NCBI GenBank assembly: GCA_002687735.1
Contig: NZBD01000015.1
Location: 1-52,498, forward strand
Source: Candidatus Iainarchaeum sp.
Lineage (GTDB): Archaea; Iainarchaeota; Iainarchaeia; Iainarchaeales; Iainarchaeaceae
DNA: 52,498 nt
Reading direction: 5' to 3'
In this document: positions 46,579-52,498 of the stretch, in pieces
How positions within the stretch are numbered: the first letter of the stretch is position 1
Layout: every line of letters begins with the position of its first letter
The notes under the pieces: model-generated
Told to the model about the DNA's origin: nothing
Databases searched by the model: none
The model's input: only the letters and a program-made list of their open reading frames with translations
Position numbers and translations under genes: made by a program

Positions 46579-47535
46579 ATGATTCAGTCAATAATTGTGC
46601 CAGAGAATGGCAAAGTAAAAAATATTACTTCTGCACAGCTTTCTGATGTAAAAAATAAGACCTTTGTTTGGATAGATGTAGAGGATCCGACAGAGGAAGA
46701 TTTTGAATTTTTAAGGAAGAATTTTCCTTTACATCCTTTAGCATCCGATCCTGTTTTTGAATCAAGGTTAAGGCCTAAAATAATAGATTTTCAACAGCAC
46801 TTATTATTAGTTTTTCATGAGCCACTTATGGAACAGGGAAAACTTTCTTTTTCAAGAGCGATCTTTTTTATCGGAAAAGATTTTCTTATCACAGTACACA
46901 ACCAAAGTTTACCTTCAATTGATGCTATTAAAGAGTTAGTAAACAGCAGCCCGAAAGTTTTGAAAAAAGGATCCTCTTTTTTAGTTTATGATTTGCTTGA
47001 CCAGATTGTTGATAATTATTTTCCGATTTTGGATGAACTTGATGATGAAATTGATAATTTAGAAAGTAAAATGTTTTTAAGAGACGGAAAAGATACTTTG
47101 AGAAAAGTTTTTTCATTAAAACGTAAAATTCTTGAACTAAAAAGAAAAATTTCCCCTGTAAGAGAAGTTCTTTCAGCTCTATCTAGACATGAGTCAAAAA
47201 TAATTGATAAAAACGCATTGATTTATTTTAGAGATGTTTATGATCATGCAATAAGGATTTCTGATACTATTGATATTTATCGAGACCTATTAACCAGTAT
47301 TTTGGAGGTTCACATTTCTTTACAATCAAATAAGTTGAATGAGGTTATGAAAGTTCTTACTGTAATAGCCACAATAATGATGCCGTTAACTCTCATCACT
47401 GGTTTTTATGGGATGAATATTGTTTTTCCAGAGGTTGAGCTCTTTAATGCAGACTCTTACTTTTTTATTTTGTTCCTAATGCTAATAGTTTCAGGTATGC
47501 TGATAATGTATTTTAGAAAGAAAAAGTGGTTATAG
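46579..47535 (+). CDS. corA: CorA Mg2+/Co2+ transporter
   Basis: WIDV, LNEVMKVLT, TGFYGMN. Confidence 0.93.
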   Translation: MIQSIIVPENGKVKNITSAQLSDVKNKTFVWIDVEDPTEEDFEFLRKNFPLHPLASDPVFESRLRPKIIDFQQHLLLVFHEPLMEQGKLSFSRAIFFIGKDFLITVHNQSLPSIDAIKELVNSSPKVLKKGSSFLVYDLLDQIVDNYFPILDELDDEIDNLESKMFLRDGKDTLRKVFSLKRKILELKRKISPVREVLSALSRHESKIIDKNALIYFRDVYDHAIRISDTIDIYRDLLTSILEVHISLQSNKLNEVMKVLTVIATIMMPLTLITGFYGMNIVFPEVELFNADSYFFILFLMLIVSGMLIMYFRKKKWL

Positions 47536-48200
47536 TGAAAAATTATTTATTTGTAAATTTCAAAACTTACGAGGAAGCTTCCGGAGATAAGGCTTTAGCT
47601 CTTGCAAAGCTGATTTCAGGCCAGTTTACCGGAGAAGTAGAAATAATACCGGTTGCCCAGTCTCTTGACTTAAAAGAGATTGCCTCAAATGTTTCGCTTA
47701 AAGTTTTTGCTCAACACATTGACCCAATTTCTTTCGGTTCTAATACAGGGAAAATTCTTCCTGAAGCAGTTAAGTCTGCAGGTGCTGTTGGAACTGTTCT
47801 TAATCATGCGGAAAACAAAGTTGAAAATGATTTTATTGAAAAAGCAGTTCAAAGATGTAAAGAAGTTGGTCTTACAATAATGCTTTGTGCAGAAAATTTA
47901 GAAAGAGCCAAACAATTAGCTACATTTAATCCTGATTTTATTGCTGTTGAACCCCCGGAACTTATAGGCGGAGATATTAGTGTTAGTACCGCTAATCCTG
48001 AGTTGATTTCAGATTCAGTGAAAGCAATTCATGAAGTAAACAAAGAAATAATTGTAATAACCGGAGCCGGCGTAAAAAATTCTGAGGATGTCAAAAAAGC
48101 AGTTGAACTTGGTTGCCAAGGGGTTTTTGTTGCATCAGGAATAGTTTCAGCCAAAGATAAAGAAAAGGCTATTAAAGAATTGTTAAAAGGCTTCAGATAA
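47526..48200 (+). CDS. tpiA: Triosephosphate isomerase, archaeal type
   Basis: NFKTY, LNHAE, AVEPPELIG, GAGV, VASG. Confidence 0.94.
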   Translation: MVIVKNYLFVNFKTYEEASGDKALALAKLISGQFTGEVEIIPVAQSLDLKEIASNVSLKVFAQHIDPISFGSNTGKILPEAVKSAGAVGTVLNHAENKVENDFIEKAVQRCKEVGLTIMLCAENLERAKQLATFNPDFIAVEPPELIGGDISVSTANPELISDSVKAIHEVNKEIIVITGAGVKNSEDVKKAVELGCQGVFVASGIVSAKDKEKAIKELLKGFR

Positions 48201-48603
48201 CAATTCCCTTAATTATTGTGGGTTTACTTTCATTTTTTTCGTAAGCTTCAATACCCTGTTTAAGCACCATAAAACCCAGTAAAGCACATTTTATTCGTGT
48301 TTGAATTATGTTTCCTAATTCATCAAAGAAATCTTCCCTTGAAATTTTTTTAGCCTGTTGAACATTTCTTCCTTTAACCATTTCAGTAATAATGGATGAA
48401 GAAGCAACACTAATAGCGCATCCAGAACCAGTAAACTTGACGTCTTCTATAACATCATCCTTAATTCGCATGGTAAATTCAACCTGATCACCACAGCTAG
48501 GATTACCCCCGCTGACATCTATCTCTGGTTTAGTTATGTTTCCCTTATTTACAGGATTCTTATATAAATCCAGAATTATTTCCGTGTAAATTTCCCCAAC
48601 CAT
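48193..48603 (-). CDS. sufU: SufU/IscU-family Fe-S protein
   Basis: NPSCGD, GCAISVAS, RIKCA; no LPPVK motif. Confidence 0.88.
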   Translation of the reverse strand: MVGEIYTEIILDLYKNPVNKGNITKPEIDVSGGNPSCGDQVEFTMRIKDDVIEDVKFTGSGCAISVASSSIITEMVKGRNVQQAKKISREDFFDELGNIIQTRIKCALLGFMVLKQGIEAYEKNESKPTIIKGIVI

Positions 48604-48605
48604 GT

Positions 48606-49823
48606 TTAAACACCAAATACTTTTTTTGTCTGATCAATTGCATTTACAAACTTTTCAATTTCTTCTTTAGTATTGTAAAGATAAAATGAGATTCTTGCAA
48701 CTCCATCCACTTTTAATTTTTCCATTAAGGGCTGAGCACAATGATTACCTGAACGAATCGCAATAGCATTCTCATCCAAAATTTGTGCGACATCATGAGG
48801 ATGCACATTCTTCAAATTGAAAGAAATTATTCCCGTTCTTGGTTCTTTTTCAGGACCATAAAGATTAATTTTATCAATCTCTTTCAATTTTTTCAAACCA
48901 AACTCAAGAAGCGCTTTTTCATGTTCTTCTATGTTCTCAATCCCGATTTTATTAATGTAATCAATAGCTTCTCCAAAACCTATTGCTCCTGCAATATTAG
49001 GTGTTCCTGCTTCAAATTTCCAAGGAAGCTTATTCCAAGTTGCTTCTTTTAAAGAAACTTTGGAAATCATATCCCCTCCGGTTAAGAAAGGATTCATCTC
49101 CTTCAATATTTCTTCTTTTCCATAAAGAACTCCAATTCCTGTAGGCCCTAACATTTTATGTGCTGAAAAAGCAAAGAGATCTGCATCAATTTTTTTCACA
49201 TTGGTTTTTGTATGAGGAACTGATTGTGCAGCATCAACCACAAAATAAGAACCATTATCTTTTACTGTTTTTGAAATTTTTTCTAATGGATTAATCGTCC
49301 CCAAAATATTTGATGCTTTTGTTAAAGCAACAATTTTTGTTTTTTTATTTAATTTCTTTTCAAAATCATCAAGATCAAGTCTTCCATCGGAAGTAATATT
49401 AACAAAATTAAGTTTAGCTTTTTTTCTTTTCGCAAGCATTTGCCAAGGAACAATATTTGAATGATGTTCCATTACTGAAATAAGAATCTCATCTCCTGAG
49501 GAAATTTTTTCTCCGAGACTATATGCTGCCAGATTTAATGATTCAGAAGCATTTTTTGTAAAAACAATTTCCTTAATTCCTTCAGCATTTATAAATTTTG
49601 CAGTTTTTTCATGAGCCTCTTCATATTTATCAGTGGCTTTCTGACTCAAAAAATTAAGGCCTCTGTGAACATTTGCATTATATTTCTGATAATAATCGGA
49701 AACTGCATCAATAACCTGCTGTGGTTTTTGAGTAGTTGCAGCATTATCAAAGTAAACTAATTCATTGTTATTGAATTTTTGATTCAGAATCGGAAAATCT
49801 TCCCTGATTTTTTTAATATTCAT
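48606..49823 (-). CDS. sufS: Cysteine desulfurase
   Basis: YFDNAATTQKP, SAHKMLGPTG, RSGNHCAQP. Confidence 0.95.
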   Translation of the reverse strand: MNIKKIREDFPILNQKFNNNELVYFDNAATTQKPQQVIDAVSDYYQKYNANVHRGLNFLSQKATDKYEEAHEKTAKFINAEGIKEIVFTKNASESLNLAAYSLGEKISSGDEILISVMEHHSNIVPWQMLAKRKKAKLNFVNITSDGRLDLDDFEKKLNKKTKIVALTKASNILGTINPLEKISKTVKDNGSYFVVDAAQSVPHTKTNVKKIDADLFAFSAHKMLGPTGIGVLYGKEEILKEMNPFLTGGDMISKVSLKEATWNKLPWKFEAGTPNIAGAIGFGEAIDYINKIGIENIEEHEKALLEFGLKKLKEIDKINLYGPEKEPRTGIISFNLKNVHPHDVAQILDENAIAIRSGNHCAQPLMEKLKVDGVARISFYLYNTKEEIEKFVNAIDQTKKVFGV

Positions 49824-49827
49824 AATA

Positions 49828-50931
49828 CTAATCCATATTTTTTTCAATCTGTGATTCGATAGGTTTTCTTATTTCTTCAGGCAGCATAAAAACAACCGAA
49901 TCCAGAAAACTTTTTACAATCATGTTTTTTGCTTCATTTTTAGGAATTCCTCTAGATTCAAGGTAAAAGAGCTCATCCTCATCAATTCTTGCCACAGTAG
50001 CCGAATGAGACGCTTTAACATCGTCTGTTTTTATCTCTAATCCAGGGATTTGGTTACTACTTGCACTTTCCCCTAAAATCATGCTGTGACATTCCAAAAA
50101 TGCATTAGTTCTGGTTCCTGTTGGTTCAATAAGAATCATGCCGTCAAAAACATTCTTGCTTTTTCCTTTCAATGCTCCTTTGAATATGCTCCTGCTGAAA
50201 GTATCTGGAGCTCTATGAATTGCAGTGTAATTTAAATCAAAATACTGTTCATTTTTTGACAGCAAAATAGTATAATCCTCAGACTTTGAGTTTTGGCCTT
50301 CCAATATTTCAAAATTATTAGCCCTTACAAGTTCTCCTTTTGTAAAAATGTTTGCATTCACTATTGATGCACCCTTTCCAATAATGTTCTGCTGATAAGC
50401 GATATTGTTTTTCCCGAAATTATTTATCTTTACATGGTTTAAAACAGAATTGTCCTCAAGATAAATTGTTTGATTGCTCAAAGAATTTTTTTGAGTTGTA
50501 ATTTCTTCAACCAAACTTGCTTTTATTCCTTTTTCAACAATCACAAAATATTTTATTATTGCTTCATCCTCAAAATCAAGTTTTAAATTTATTAATTCCT
50601 CAGAATTTTTTTCAATTAACACTACAAAAGAAGTGTTAAAGTTAGAATTTATAAACGCTTCAAATTGGTCTTTTGCTTTTTGTTCTTTTATAAGAATTTT
50701 TCCGATCTTTTCAGGCATTTCCTTCAATGCTTCTTCCAGAGAAATAACTCTAGCATTCTTATCTAGTTTAACATTGGCTTTTCCTTTAGCTCCTGACAAT
50801 AATTTTTCAAGTTTAGGAATGCTTGTGTATTTGCTTTTTTTCAGCGGTCTTTCAGAAAAAACCTTTTCATTCTGGGTTTTATAATCTGCTAATTCAGTTA
50901 TTTCAGAACTCATAATAGTTTGCATAATCAT
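49828..50931 (-). CDS. sufD: Fe-S assembly protein SufD
   Basis: PGLEIKTDDVKASHSAT, FYLESRGI. Confidence 0.9.
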   Translation of the reverse strand: MIMQTIMSSEITELADYKTQNEKVFSERPLKKSKYTSIPKLEKLLSGAKGKANVKLDKNARVISLEEALKEMPEKIGKILIKEQKAKDQFEAFINSNFNTSFVVLIEKNSEELINLKLDFEDEAIIKYFVIVEKGIKASLVEEITTQKNSLSNQTIYLEDNSVLNHVKINNFGKNNIAYQQNIIGKGASIVNANIFTKGELVRANNFEILEGQNSKSEDYTILLSKNEQYFDLNYTAIHRAPDTFSRSIFKGALKGKSKNVFDGMILIEPTGTRTNAFLECHSMILGESASSNQIPGLEIKTDDVKASHSATVARIDEDELFYLESRGIPKNEAKNMIVKSFLDSVVFMLPEEIRKPIESQIEKNMD

Positions 50932-52340
50932 CCCACCGAGTTTTCCATTTCCATTTCAATTAATCTATTAAGTTCAACAGAATATTCCAAAGGAAGTGTT
51001 TTAGTAAAAGGCTGAATAAAACCAAGAATTATGAGAGTTAAAGCCTCTGCCTCATTAAGTCCTCTTGACATTAAGTAAAATATTTCATCATCATTTATTT
51101 TCCCTACTTTTGCTTCGTGTGCAATAGTAGCTGTCGGTTCATCAATTTCAATATAAGGATAAGTATCACTCCTAGAATTTTTATCCAGAATTAAAGCATC
51201 ACAAACAACACTGCTTTTAACATTCTTGCAACCTTTCACAACTTTAAGAAGCCCTCTGTAACTTCCCCTTCCGGAGTCTTTGCTTACGCTTTTGCTTGTA
51301 ATTTTACTCGTGGTGTTTGAAGCAAGATGAACTATTTTTGCCCCTGCATCCTGATGTTGGCCTTTTCCGGCAAGAGCTATGCTGAGAACTTCTCCCTTGG
51401 CACCTTCTTCCATTAAATAAATTGCAGGGTATTTCATGGTTACTTTGCTTCCTAAGTTCCCATCCACCCATTCAACAGTTGAGTTTCTGTAAGCAAAAGC
51501 CCTTTTTGTAACTAAATTGTAAATATTATTTGCCCAGTTTTGGATTGTCGTGTATCTTAAATGTGAGTTCTCCTTTGCAATTACCTCAACAACAGCAGAA
51601 TGCAAAGACTGACTTGTAAACCTTGGGGCGGTACATCCTTCAATATAATGAACCCGACTTCCAGTATCTCCGATTATAAGAGTTCTTTCGAATTGTCCAA
51701 AACTCTCTGCATTAATCCTGAAATAAGCCTGTAACGGAATCTCAACTTTAACATTTTTTGGAATATAAACAAAAGAACCTCCTGACCATACAGCTGTATT
51801 CAGAGCTGCGAATTTATTATCATTGTAAGGGATAATTTTTCCAAAATGTTCTTTCACAAGTTCAGGGTATTGTTTTAGCCCCTCATCCATTGAAAGAAAA
51901 ACAACTCCATGTTTTTCCAAATCTTCTCTGATGTTATGGTACATAACCTCAGAATCATACTGTGCTCCTACTCCTGCCAAAGATTTTTTTTCTGCTTCCG
52001 GAATTCCAAGCCTGTCAAAAGTATCTTTAACATCTTGCGGAACATCTTCCCATTTATTTTTGTTTGCTTCACTTGCGCGCATGTAATAAATTATATTATT
52101 AAAATCAATCTCGCTTAAGTCAGCTCCCCATTTAGGCATTGGCATTTCATTAAACGCTTTAAGCGCTTTCAGTCTTATGTCAAGCATCCACTTTGGTTCT
52201 TTTTTTATCCCCGAAATTTTTCTGACAACGCTCTCATTAAGGCCTTTGTCAAACTTAACATCATATTTTTTAGTATCGTAATTGAAATCGTACTTTGAAT
52301 AATCTATTTCAGTCAGTTGTCTTTCTTTAATTCTACTCAT
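50928..52340 (-). CDS. sufB: Fe-S assembly protein SufB
   Basis: [31 protein letters not shown]. Confidence 0.96.
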   Translation of the reverse strand: MSRIKERQLTEIDYSKYDFNYDTKKYDVKFDKGLNESVVRKISGIKKEPKWMLDIRLKALKAFNEMPMPKWGADLSEIDFNNIIYYMRASEANKNKWEDVPQDVKDTFDRLGIPEAEKKSLAGVGAQYDSEVMYHNIREDLEKHGVVFLSMDEGLKQYPELVKEHFGKIIPYNDNKFAALNTAVWSGGSFVYIPKNVKVEIPLQAYFRINAESFGQFERTLIIGDTGSRVHYIEGCTAPRFTSQSLHSAVVEVIAKENSHLRYTTIQNWANNIYNLVTKRAFAYRNSTVEWVDGNLGSKVTMKYPAIYLMEEGAKGEVLSIALAGKGQHQDAGAKIVHLASNTTSKITSKSVSKDSGRGSYRGLLKVVKGCKNVKSSVVCDALILDKNSRSDTYPYIEIDEPTATIAHEAKVGKINDDEIFYLMSRGLNEAEALTLIILGFIQPFTKTLPLEYSVELNRLIEMEMENSVG

Positions 52341-52498
52341 CAGTCTTCACTTCTAAAATATTAACTCCTGCTTTTTTTAGGATTTCAGAATAACCTTTTT
52401 CTTCAAGCTCTTCTGCAAGTTCAACCCCGCCGGATTTTATTATTTTTCCGTCATACATCACGTGAACAAAATCCGGCTTTAAATGATTAAGGATTCTT
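52333..52498 (-). CDS. sufC: 3' end of SufC ATPase (partial)
   Basis: Manual translation [36 protein letters not shown]...*. Confidence 0.9.
   Translation of the reverse strand, partial: RILNHLKPDFVHVMYDGKIIKSGGVELAEELEEKGYSEILKKAGVNILEVKTDE

Noticed and set aside
280-52118. Numerous short antisense or overlapping ORFs in the track (e.g. 280..618, 3966..4322, 16026..16442, 43478..44137)
   Set aside because: They are shadows of well-supported genes on the other strand or frame, with no motifs

Overview
AT-rich archaeal chromosomal segment, most consistent with a DPANN lineage (possibly Diapherotrites/Iainarchaeota; this is inference). Archaeal markers: TFE, Trm56, class I LysRS, archaeal-type TIM, XerA, a BHB-intron tRNA, class III signal-peptide pilins and a GGPP synthase. 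It also carries many bacterial-type genes (coaD, coaE, a long RelA-type RSH, sufCBDSU, corA, PMM/PGM). The most notable items are: (i) a 0.2-11.3 kb locus coupling an active KaiC-like ATPase and an inactive KaiC-like coiled-coil scaffold, which share an N-terminal helical domain, to three paralogous membrane-anchored surface proteins with SHOCT-like cytoplasmic tails; (ii) a candidate replication origin at about 27.3-29.5 kb (local strand-composition switch, 41-bp-phased repeats, a wHTH gene, no cdc6 in view); (iii) a synthetase-type RelA in an archaeon; (iv) a tRNA-Lys/lysK/tRNA-Lys/LAGLIDADG/tRNA-Phe array; (v) several unassigned structured intergenic RNAs; and (vi) an apparent deletion junction in a pilus operon. 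No CRISPR array, rRNA or transposase was seen. All calls come from manual motif reading; no database searches were run.
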